A model generated the notes under the pieces. That model did no database searches. It saw only the letters and a program-made list of their open reading frames with translations, and was not told the DNA's origin. From the NCBI GenBank assembly GCA_965205975.1, contig OZ242195.1, forward strand, positions 5,344,001 to 5,408,000: a DNA stretch of 64,000 nucleotides, given 5' to 3'. The DNA is from Candidatus Latescibacterota bacterium. Lineage in GTDB: Bacteria > Latescibacterota > UBA2968. The position numbers and the translations under genes are program-made. Below are positions 39,436 through 47,944 of the stretch, in pieces (position 1 is the first letter of the stretch; each line of letters begins with the position of its first letter).

Positions 39436-40551
39436 TCAAAGAATTTGGGATAGAGCTTCGTCGAGTTTTTGGACGGTGCGGTCGATGTTCTGGAGTTTGT
39501 CCAGGCCAAATAGGCCCAGGCGGAAGGTCTGAAAATCTTCTGGTTCGTCGCATTGTAATGGTACGCCAGCGGCGATTTGGAGGCCCACGTCCATGAATTT
39601 TTTGCCGGTGTGTATGTCGGGATCTTCCGTGTAGCTGACTACTACTCCCGGTGCCTGGAATCCCTCTGCCGCCACGCTTTTTATGCCTTTGCTGTTCAAG
39701 AGTGCGCGAACTTTGGCGCCGAGTTCTCGTTGCTGCGCGCAGATTTTATCAAAGCCGTAATTTTCGGTTTCTTTCATTGTGTTGCGAAAGACTGTGAGGG
39801 CATCCGTGGGCATGGTCGCGTGATACGCATGGCCGCCACCTTCATAAGCTTCCATAATTTGAAGCCATTTGTGCAGGTCGCAGGCAAAACTGGTGCTGGT
39901 GGTGGATTCAATTCTTTCCAGTGCAGGGGAAGACAGCATGACCAGGCCACAACACGCAGCGGCACTCCAGCCTTTTTGTGGGGCGCTGATCAGGATATCG
40001 ACACCGCGGGCTTTCATGTCGGTCCAGATTGTTCCCGAGGCGATGCAGTCCAATATCAGGAGGCCGCCAACAGCGTGTACGGCGTCTGCTACGGAACGGA
40101 TGTAGTCGTCGGGGAGTATGATCCCGGATGCGGTTTCGACGTGTGGCGCAAAGACAAAGTCGGGTTTTTCCGTCGCGATTGTTTGCACGACTTCTTCGAT
40201 GGGCGCGGGTGCAAATGGGGCGTGTTTGTCATTGCCCGTGCGCCGCGCTTTGAGGACTATAGATTGGGATGGGATGTCGCCCATTTCGAAAATTTGGCTC
40301 CAGCGATAGCTGAACCATCCATTGCGAATGACGAGGCATTTTTTGTCTGTGGCAAATTGTCGCGCTACGGCTTCCATGCCGAATGTGCCACTGCCGGGAA
40401 CGACGATGACCGCGCTGGCGCAATACACTTTTTTGAGTGTGGTGGAGATATCTCGCATGACGCCCTGGAAGGATTGCGACATGTGGTTGAGTGCGCGGTC
40501 TGTATAGACGACAGAGTATTCCAGGAGTTTATCGGGAAGTAAATCTGACAT
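39436..40551 (-). CDS. class V PLP aminotransferase (alanine-glyoxylate/serine-pyruvate type)
   Basis: LLEYSVVYTDRALNHMS, PGSGT, HVETASG, DCIASG, SAPQKGW. Confidence 0.88.
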   Translation of the reverse strand: MSDLLPDKLLEYSVVYTDRALNHMSQSFQGVMRDISTTLKKVYCASAVIVVPGSGTFGMEAVARQFATDKKCLVIRNGWFSYRWSQIFEMGDIPSQSIVLKARRTGNDKHAPFAPAPIEEVVQTIATEKPDFVFAPHVETASGIILPDDYIRSVADAVHAVGGLLILDCIASGTIWTDMKARGVDILISAPQKGWSAAACCGLVMLSSPALERIESTTSTSFACDLHKWLQIMEAYEGGGHAYHATMPTDALTVFRNTMKETENYGFDKICAQQRELGAKVRALLNSKGIKSVAAEGFQAPGVVVSYTEDPDIHTGKKFMDVGLQIAAGVPLQCDEPEDFQTFRLGLFGLDKLQNIDRTVQKLDEALSQIL

Positions 40552-40582
40552 TATTGGCCTCTCGGTGGATAGATGGTTTGAT

Positions 40583-41551
40583 CTATAGTTCCACTTCTGC
40601 TATGGCTATGCCGCTTTCTCCTGCGACGGCATATAATAAATAGGTGTGGTTATTTTCTTCAAAGATTGCCGGGTCGCGCAATTGGTTGACGTGTCCATAG
40701 GCCACGCTGCGAATAGAGGGTTCCAGAGGTGCGTTCGCGCCTTCCCATGGATGTTCTGGGCGCAAGATTTCTATGCTTTCTGTTTCGCGCCAATTTTGCC
40801 AGTCAGCCGAGATGTCAATGGTGCTTAGCAATATGCTTTCGGGTACGTCTCCTACCTGTGTCCAGAATATGTACAGGGTATTTTCGCGTTTTAACAGCGC
40901 TGCGTGGCGCATGTTTTTGTTGAATAGCAATGGGCCTTCTTCAAAGTGCGAGAGTCCGTTGGCTGACCGATAAAATTGGCCCGGCATTGCCATGCCATAG
41001 ACATAACCCGTGTGTCGAAAGATTCTGAGATAGCTTTTGGCAAAGGTTTCTGGGCGCGCTGTGAAGTTGATGCCATCGGGAGATGTGGCGACGCGGCTGA
41101 TTTGATGTGCGAGTTTTTCAAGGCCGTGATAGTACATGACTATGGTTTGATCGGTGTGGTTGACGTGTACATCTGGCGATGCGATATGCGGTGTGGTGGC
41201 TTCTGTCATCAGGTCGTGGGATAATTTTTGAGGGCCTTTTTCTTCGTGCCAGAGGACTTTGATTTGTGCTATGTCTTTTTCTGATGTGGTGAGTGACTGT
41301 GTGGGAAAATGCGAGTCGGCGAGTTGCAGGGTTCCCGGTGGATGTATTTTCCAGGGTCCGCGCAGGTTATCTGCATAAGCGAGGCGGATGTACCTGCCTT
41401 TGTGGTCGGCAAAATACAGGTAATACGATCCGAGTGGTTCGGATACCCAGTCGGGTACGCGGATTAGCGAGGGTCCCTGGATGTTGTGTCCGATACTCGG
41501 GTGCAGATCCGGGGTGATGATGGGGGCATTGAGTAGTCGGGTGACGCGCAT
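40583..41551 (-). CDS. conserved protein, probably five-bladed beta-propeller glycoside-hydrolase-like
   Basis: NIQGPSLIRVP, YYLYFADHKG, HIASPDV, QLRDPAIF, LLYAVAGE. Confidence 0.55.
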   Translation of the reverse strand: MRVTRLLNAPIITPDLHPSIGHNIQGPSLIRVPDWVSEPLGSYYLYFADHKGRYIRLAYADNLRGPWKIHPPGTLQLADSHFPTQSLTTSEKDIAQIKVLWHEEKGPQKLSHDLMTEATTPHIASPDVHVNHTDQTIVMYYHGLEKLAHQISRVATSPDGINFTARPETFAKSYLRIFRHTGYVYGMAMPGQFYRSANGLSHFEEGPLLFNKNMRHAALLKRENTLYIFWTQVGDVPESILLSTIDISADWQNWRETESIEILRPEHPWEGANAPLEPSIRSVAYGHVNQLRDPAIFEENNHTYLLYAVAGESGIAIAEVEL

Positions 41552-41600
41552 GTTATTTTTCCTTCAGTTTATTGAAACACGCCTCAAAGTTGGTGGATAA

Positions 41601-41659
41601 GGCACAGAGACACCGCCCCTACACGCGCGTTTCTTTTGTGTCTTTTGTGCTTTTTGTGG
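41601..41659. repeat. GTAG REP-like half plus nonamer tandem repeat (TCTTTTGTG)n
   Basis: Minus strand GTAGGGGCGGTGTCTCTGTGCC; three TCTTTTGTG-like units. Confidence 0.5.
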
Positions 41660-41666
41660 CTAAAAT

Positions 41667-42659
41667 CTATACCAGTCCCGGTGTGAAAAGTACCATATCA
41701 TCTTCAAAATTTCTCAATGGCGCTATGCCGAGTTTTTTGAGTGCGTTGTGATAGATTTTGACCCCTTCTTCAGGGCTGATAAGGCCATCTGCGATGTCGC
41801 GCAGGATTTCGACAAATGCTCTGGGATTTTCGGCTCCTTTGATGCGGCGGCCAAAGAGGGCGACGCGCGCGCCGTGTTTTTTGGCTTCGGATATGAGTTT
41901 GAATGAATCGTAAGTGGTGCTCGTTGGTCCGCCGAGTATGCCGACGACGACTGTGGAATCGTAGTTGACGAGGCTCTCCATCGCTTCTGGGCCATTGTAG
42001 GCTATTTTCAGAAATTCGGGTCGCGATGCCCGGGGTATGCCGGCGAGCATCCGGGCGATCTGGTCATTTACATAAGTGGGGATTTCTTCTGGATTCAACC
42101 CGCAGTCTGCTACATTGGGGTTAAAGACTTCGAGGAAGTATCGAAATCCTTTGCGTGTGGCTTCTGTTCTGAAGGCTTTGAACTGCATTAGTGAGAGCCA
42201 GTCTGTGTCCAGATTGTTGTTGAATGTGATGGAGTACAGGCCGAGGTCGATGTCTGGTTTCTGGTCGGGTTGGGGCAATAGTGTGCCGTATTGCGCTTCT
42301 TCAATTGTGGGTGAGGCAAAGGGGCGGGATGGTAGAGAGGTGTATTCTGCGCCTGTTGCATCCCACAGGTCGGTTGTGTCATTGGCGCGTACAGCAGGTG
42401 TTACGGGCGATGTGTCAAAGAGCCGTTTCTCATGTGCCAGGATATCCATAGTGGAGACAGAGGTCAGTAAAACATCGATTTTTGCTTGTTCAGTGATATC
42501 CACAAGGTCATCGTAATAGGCTTGTATAGATGGTGTGGCATCTGTGAGTGTTGCAATCCCTTTTGACATGTCGGGATCAGCGGCATACGCGATGATAAAG
42601 GCATCGCTGTTGGGGTTGTTGCGTATGTCGGCGAGTTTTACGTCTAATGATTTTTCCAT
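41667..42659 (-). CDS. hypothetical class I aldolase-like TIM-barrel protein
   Basis: FLEVFNPN, FLKIAY, VGILGG, ALFGRRI resemble class I aldolase Lys and GR motifs. Confidence 0.5.
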   Translation of the reverse strand: MEKSLDVKLADIRNNPNSDAFIIAYAADPDMSKGIATLTDATPSIQAYYDDLVDITEQAKIDVLLTSVSTMDILAHEKRLFDTSPVTPAVRANDTTDLWDATGAEYTSLPSRPFASPTIEEAQYGTLLPQPDQKPDIDLGLYSITFNNNLDTDWLSLMQFKAFRTEATRKGFRYFLEVFNPNVADCGLNPEEIPTYVNDQIARMLAGIPRASRPEFLKIAYNGPEAMESLVNYDSTVVVGILGGPTSTTYDSFKLISEAKKHGARVALFGRRIKGAENPRAFVEILRDIADGLISPEEGVKIYHNALKKLGIAPLRNFEDDMVLFTPGLV

Positions 42660-43319
42660 CTGTATCCTTTTCCTGTTTTGTGAATTAAGACTACATCGGC
42701 TCCGATGAATTCGATTTTTGATTTATAGGTGTTTCCCAACCATTCAAATGTGGTTTTGAAAAAAACAGATGTGTGTTGGGTCTCTTTTGTAATGCCAATT
42801 TTCAAATGCGGATTTGTCGATTGCGAGTTTGGTCATGATGCCGAGTATGCCGCCTGGTTTTACAAGGTGATAAAGTCTTTGCAATTCACGTTGGGGATTT
42901 TTCAGGTGTTCGACGACTTCTGTTGCGGTTACAAAGTCGTATTCGCGCTGGAAGACTTCGGGGTTGTGTGCGTAAAATTTGTCGTATATATCGACGGTAT
43001 GTCCGCGTTCTTGCAACATGAGGGATAATGTCGGTCCGGGACCGCATCCAAAATCCAGGCCGTGCGCGCGTTTGGGTAGGCGCGCTTTTAAAGGGTTGCA
43101 AATTCGCGATAGAAATGTCCTGTATTTTGGGTCTGCGGGGTCGTTTTTGTGCAGGTCGTAGCGTTGTTTTTCCTCTTTTTCAGATAGGTGAAAAGTTTTG
43201 GGGACAAAGATGAGAGAACAATCCGTACAGATCAGGTATTCCCTGAATGCGTCGCGGAGATAGTGGGTTGTGTTCTGGCTTTTGCAAAGCGGACAGGTGT
43301 CCGCTGGAGAGTTGTGCAT
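42644..43319 (-). pseudogene. class I SAM methyltransferase with zinc ribbon, apparent frameshift near the 3' end
   Basis: CPLC..CTDC, LDFGCGPG, EVVEH, WHYKRDPTHICFF; ORF stops at 42744 but a shifted frame continues KTTFEWLG..IEFIGADVVLI to a stop at 42644. Confidence 0.65.
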
Positions 43320-43338
43320 GATGATAGTAAATGAAGAT

Positions 43339-43419
43339 CAGTTGTCAGTTGTCGGTTGTCAGTCCCAACCACCCAACTCTGGTGGGGTCGTGCGGGGAAC
43401 TGGCTACTGGCTACTGATA
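43339..43419 (-). repeat. dispersed intergenic element, copy B
   Basis: Reverse complement of 34163-34255 with few substitutions. Confidence 0.85.
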
Positions 43420-43521
43420 AATTCCCATTGTATTATTTGTGCAATCAGAATATCTTTGGCTCCGACCCTGCATAAGGTAACAATTTATCGTTTTTTCACA
43501 ATACACAAAACGGAGATTTTC

Positions 43522-45150
43522 ATGACTGGTTACGATGCTATGGCGCGTGTGCTCAAGGCAGAAGGCGTTGAGTTTCTGGTGGCTTTTCCCCATCAACACC
43601 TTATTGAGTCCGCGGCCAAAGTGGGTATTACCCCTATTATTTGTCGTCAGGAGCGCGCGGGTGTCAATATGGCCGATGGTTTTAGTCGCGTGTCCAATGG
43701 AAAAAGGTTTGGCGTTTTTACGATGCAGCAAGGTCCCGGTGCGGAAAATGCGTTTGGGGGGGTGGCGCAGGCGTTTGCAGATTCGGTGCCTGTGTTGCAT
43801 TTGCCCGGCGGGGAATCGCTGTTGCGCCAGGGTATTCATCCCACTTTTGAAGCGGTGCGGAATTACCGTCATATTACGAAGTGGGCGGCTCAAATATACG
43901 CGGTGGAGGATATTCCGGTTATGCTGCGCCGCGCGGTTGTGCAGATGAAGAGCGGGCGTTTGGGTCCTGTGTTGTTGGAGATGCCCAGAGAGGCTATGGC
44001 GGTCGAATATCCAGGTGAGGATGTCGCTTATACGCCGGTTCAGATCCGGCGTTCCACGGCTGCGTCTGAGGATGTGCGAGATATGATTACAGATCTTCTC
44101 GGTGCTCACCGTCCGGTTATTATTGCGGGGCAGGGGGTGTTGTATGCCGAGGCGACGGAGGAGTTGATTGAGTTTGCGGAGTTGACGAGTATTCCCGTGA
44201 TGACGACGCTTGCGGGCAAGAGTGCTTTTCCAGAGACGCATCCACTGTCATTGGGTACTGGCGGGCATACATATACGTTGATGGTCAAGCGGTTTTTGGC
44301 GTCGATGGATTTTGGGCTGGGGATTGGGACGAGTTTTACGCGCAATACATTTACTACGCCGATGCCAGAGGGGGTTCCTCTGGCTCAGGTGACGAATTGC
44401 GCGGAGGATATGGGCAAGGATTTCGAGGTTGCTGTGGGTGCGCTGGGGGATGCGAAGCTGGTGTTGCGGCAGATGATTGAGGAGGTTAAGCGACAGGTTG
44501 GCGAGGGTGGGCGTGAGAATGATGCTGAAGGCCGGGTTGCCGCTGTGAGCCGCGAGTTTGCCGATTTGTGGGAGCCGCATTTTACGTCGGATGAGATTCC
44601 GATCAGTCCGTATCGCGTGATTCGAGAGTTGGAAAATGCGGTCGATGTGGGCAATACGATTATTACCCACGATTCGGGTTATCCGCGGGATCAACTCGTT
44701 CCGACGTGGAAACCCGTGACACCGCGCGGGTACCTGGGATGGGGCAAGTCAACGCAACTGGGCTATGGTCTGGGGCTGGCGTTGGGCGCGAAGTTGGCCG
44801 CGCCGGAGAAGCAGGTGATCAATTTGATGGGCGATGCCGCGTTTGGGATGGCGGGACTGGATCTGGAGACGGGTGTTCGGGCAGAGATTCCGATTTTTAC
44901 GGTTGTGCTCAATAATGGGGTGATGACGAAGTACGATTCGCATATGCCGTATGCGTCAGATCGCTTTGGGAGCAATGAGATGAGCGGGAATTACACCCAG
45001 GTGAGCGCGGGGTTGGGCACACATGCCGAGCGCGTGGATACGCCCGCAGAACTCGCACCCGCGATCCATCGCGCACTCGCCGCGAATAGAGAGGGCAAAA
45101 CCGCTGTGCTGGAGGTTATGACCAAGGCAGAGCCGAATGTCCCGACGTGA
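43522..45150 (+). CDS. thiamine-pyrophosphate-dependent enzyme (acetolactate synthase-like family)
   Basis: RQERAG..MADG, QQGPG, PVLLEMP, GDAAFG..NNG; GGAGA RBS. Confidence 0.9.
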   Translation: MTGYDAMARVLKAEGVEFLVAFPHQHLIESAAKVGITPIICRQERAGVNMADGFSRVSNGKRFGVFTMQQGPGAENAFGGVAQAFADSVPVLHLPGGESLLRQGIHPTFEAVRNYRHITKWAAQIYAVEDIPVMLRRAVVQMKSGRLGPVLLEMPREAMAVEYPGEDVAYTPVQIRRSTAASEDVRDMITDLLGAHRPVIIAGQGVLYAEATEELIEFAELTSIPVMTTLAGKSAFPETHPLSLGTGGHTYTLMVKRFLASMDFGLGIGTSFTRNTFTTPMPEGVPLAQVTNCAEDMGKDFEVAVGALGDAKLVLRQMIEEVKRQVGEGGRENDAEGRVAAVSREFADLWEPHFTSDEIPISPYRVIRELENAVDVGNTIITHDSGYPRDQLVPTWKPVTPRGYLGWGKSTQLGYGLGLALGAKLAAPEKQVINLMGDAAFGMAGLDLETGVRAEIPIFTVVLNNGVMTKYDSHMPYASDRFGSNEMSGNYTQVSAGLGTHAERVDTPAELAPAIHRALAANREGKTAVLEVMTKAEPNVPT

Positions 45151-45361
45151 TGTAGTGTGGGTATTTTAGGATAGTTAAGTAGTCATTCTGGAGTTTTTTG
45201 GGTATATTCATAGGAAGGATAGTGGCGTCAAAGGAATGGGCTGCCATGTCCTATGTCCTGTCATCGCGGCATGGTCCCTGTTTACACCATACAGGGACAT
45301 GCTTTAGCCGCGATCCAGAAGGTTTTTCGCTATTTTGTCAGATAAAAGGAGGTGGTTCGGC

Positions 45362-45988
45362 ATGAAAGGTGTTTTCATTTATTGGGACAATTCCAATATT
45401 TTCCATGAAGCACAACGGCTGGCAGAGGAACGGCGCGAAGGCCCCAATGCCCGTTATCGCGTGCGTATTAACTTTGATAATATACTGCGTCTGGCGCATG
45501 CTGACCGCCCTTTGAAGAAGGCTCTTGCCGCTGGCTCTGTGCCGCCGGAGATGCGCCAGTTGTGGAATCGGATGGAGAGCAAGGGGGTGGAAGTCCATCT
45601 GTTTGACCGGGGTGAATCTGCGCGTGGTGAACAGGAAATGCCTGACCGGGTGTTGCAGTTGCGGATGCTGGAAGATGCGCTGGATTATAACGGCAATCCG
45701 GGTATTGTGGTGTTGTTGACGGGCGATGGCGCAGGTTATCTGGAAGGCGCGGGTTTTCACAGTACGTTGGAGCGCATGCACAAGCGCGGCTGGCGGGTGG
45801 AAATTCTTTCCTGGAAGCATTCCTGCAACCAGCGAATGCGCAAGTGGGCGCAGGAAAACGGTGTGTTTGTGGCGTTGGACGACTTTTACGAGGCCATTAC
45901 ATTTATGGAACCGTCCAGGCCAGGGGCTGAGCTTGCTGTTCCACGCGATTCCGCAGAATTAGACTTGTCGAAAAGGCCAATGGCTTGA
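45362..45988 (+). CDS. NYN-domain (PIN-like) nuclease
   Basis: FIYWDNSN, EQEMPD, LLTGDG, GWRVEILSW, FVALD; AGGAGG RBS. Confidence 0.85.
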   Translation: MKGVFIYWDNSNIFHEAQRLAEERREGPNARYRVRINFDNILRLAHADRPLKKALAAGSVPPEMRQLWNRMESKGVEVHLFDRGESARGEQEMPDRVLQLRMLEDALDYNGNPGIVVLLTGDGAGYLEGAGFHSTLERMHKRGWRVEILSWKHSCNQRMRKWAQENGVFVALDDFYEAITFMEPSRPGAELAVPRDSAELDLSKRPMA

Positions 45989-46023
45989 TTGGGGAAGCAA
46001 ATTAACAAGTCGTAGGTATAGAA

Positions 46024-46803
46024 ATGTCAAAAATAAAAAGATGGACGCGACAGGAGTTGCTTGTAGCGTTTAGGCTTTACTGTCAAATACCATTTGGCAG
46101 ATTGCACGCACGAAATCCAGAGATTATTAAGATTGCCGAACTCATTGATAGAACGCCATCCGCATTGGCAATGAAATTAACGAATATTGCAAGTCTTGAT
46201 CCGGTTATAATCTCGACGGGTCGCAAAGGGTTATGGCGGGCATCTAAAGCGGATAGAGAAATGTGGCAAGAAATGCAAAATAATTGGGAAAATTTTGCAT
46301 TAGAGTCAGAAAACACTATCAATTCTATTCTGCAAGGTAGCGAGTCGTATGTTGCGGAAAATGAAAGTGCATCTGAATACCAGGATTACACTGGTCAGGA
46401 TAGAATTGTGCCAACCAAAACACGAATTGGTCAGAAGTTTTTCAGGAAGTCGGTGATGAGTGCTTATAGATATAGGTGCTGTATCACTGGCCTTGCCATG
46501 CCAAAACTCTTAGTAGCGAGTCATATTGTGCCGTGGCGTGATGATCCAGGGAATAGACTCAACCCGAGGAATGGGTTGGCTTTGTCAATACTTCACGACA
46601 AGGCGTTTGATCTTGGAATGATCACGATTAATGATGATATGACTGTTCGGGTATCACGGAAGGATTTTAGGGTGAAAAATAAATTTTTTGTGACTGCTTT
46701 GAGAAACTATGACGGAAAAATGATAGAGTTACCAGATAAGTTTCAGCCACATGAGAACTTTCTTGCATATCATCGTGAAAGGATATTCACGGGAAACCGC
46801 TGA
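46024..46803 (+). CDS. HNH endonuclease (putative restriction endonuclease)
   Basis: WTRQEL..LYCQIPFG N-domain; RIGQKFFR, CCITGL, ASHIVPW, NGLAL..HDKAFD. Confidence 0.88.
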   Translation: MSKIKRWTRQELLVAFRLYCQIPFGRLHARNPEIIKIAELIDRTPSALAMKLTNIASLDPVIISTGRKGLWRASKADREMWQEMQNNWENFALESENTINSILQGSESYVAENESASEYQDYTGQDRIVPTKTRIGQKFFRKSVMSAYRYRCCITGLAMPKLLVASHIVPWRDDPGNRLNPRNGLALSILHDKAFDLGMITINDDMTVRVSRKDFRVKNKFFVTALRNYDGKMIELPDKFQPHENFLAYHRERIFTGNR

Positions 46804-46812
46804 GAAGAAAGC

Positions 46813-46878
46813 ACCGATCTTTGAAGAAGTCACTTGCCGTTGATTTTGTGCCACCAGAGATGCGCCAGTTGTGGAATC
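46813..46878 (+). pseudogene. degenerate 66-bp copy of the NYN gene segment 45504-45569
   Basis: 56 of 66 bases identical by manual ungapped alignment. Confidence 0.75.
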
Positions 46879-46879
46879 A

Positions 46880-47761
46880 TTAGATGAATTCTTGGCCGAT
46901 TTTCCATACCCCTTTCTCGCGGAAAGCGGGAATGGTCTGGCGGCGGGCGGCGTTGGTGATAGCAGGTGCAGAGAGTCCATTCTGTCTGATGTAATCCGAT
47001 AGCTTGATGATTGCCTCTCCCTTCAAATAGCTCAATCGCTTGTGCAACGATTCTGTGAGAGCCAGTGATAGAATTCCCTCCATCGTCCTGGTCGTTCTGT
47101 TATCTCCGTAGTCTCTGAATGCCCGATAGTACGTTTCTTTCTCCGAGTTGCGGATGATAAGGCGCGGTAGGCCGAGTTGCAGGAGTTGAAAGTTGATAAT
47201 GACCCGCCCCATGCGGCCATTGCCGTCGCAAAAGGGATGAATGGTCTCGAAATCCAGATGAAATCGGGCAATTTTATCTATGAAGTAAGTGTCGAGATCA
47301 CTGGAATACTCGACGAGGATATTATCTATCATGCGCTCTACATGCTCGGGTGCTGGCGCAATATGAGTGCCTACCCGCACGTATTCTCCCTGCTGGCGAA
47401 AGCGCCCTGCAATGTCATCGTTAATGCCGCCGATAAGCATTTGATGCAAGAGTAGTATCAGGTCTTTGTTCAGTTCGCTATCTTTGGCTCTGTTGCGCTT
47501 ATATTCTGTGACACGAGCCAGGTTTTTCGCCTCAAAGACTTCCCGCACAGATACATTCCGAGATAGCATCTGTTCCAACAGGATTTTCTCTGTTTCATTG
47601 AGGGTGAGGGTGGAGTTTTCAATGGCGTTCGAGTTGTACACGCTCTCAGGTACCTCTACTTCGTCAATCATCGACAGTAGCGATTCTTTACCCTGACGCA
47701 AGATATCGTACTCTCGTTTCAGATCTTGAATGCGGTTTTTTATCGGTTGTCTGCTTGCCAT
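46880..47761 (-). CDS. Fic family protein (class II, autoinhibited) with C-terminal HTH-like tail
   Basis: HPFCDGNGRMGR; inhibitory SNAIEN motif upstream of it. Confidence 0.92.
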   Translation of the reverse strand: MASRQPIKNRIQDLKREYDILRQGKESLLSMIDEVEVPESVYNSNAIENSTLTLNETEKILLEQMLSRNVSVREVFEAKNLARVTEYKRNRAKDSELNKDLILLLHQMLIGGINDDIAGRFRQQGEYVRVGTHIAPAPEHVERMIDNILVEYSSDLDTYFIDKIARFHLDFETIHPFCDGNGRMGRVIINFQLLQLGLPRLIIRNSEKETYYRAFRDYGDNRTTRTMEGILSLALTESLHKRLSYLKGEAIIKLSDYIRQNGLSAPAITNAARRQTIPAFREKGVWKIGQEFI

Positions 47762-47777
47762 ATCATTAGGATACCCT

Positions 47778-47860
47778 ATTCACTGTATATTGTCAAATTT
47801 TAGTGAATAGATAGGTCAAAATGGACGTCATTCACTGTATATTGTCAAATTTTAGTGAAT
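47778..47860. repeat. two identical 31-bp direct repeats, each with palindromic ends
   Basis: ATTCACTGTATATTGTCAAATTTTAGTGAAT at 47778 and 47830. Confidence 0.85.
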
Positions 47861-47944
47861 GGATGGGCAAAAAAGAGTGCCATTCACGGTTTTTTCAGGT
47901 TAAGTAGCGAAAATTTTGTATGTGAAAGCCTTTCAATATCGCTT

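Noticed and set aside
43270..43521. N-terminal extension of the TPP enzyme in the ORF track; similar extensions for sulfatase, ispG, the PepSY gene and rpsU
   Set aside because: The extensions run through repeats or neighbouring genes; downstream ATGs at the start of the conserved region, mostly with an RBS, were chosen instead
47778..47860. Possible mini-CRISPR array
   Set aside because: Only two repeats with a 21-bp gap, an internal -35 hexamer and no cas genes; an operator or duplication fits better
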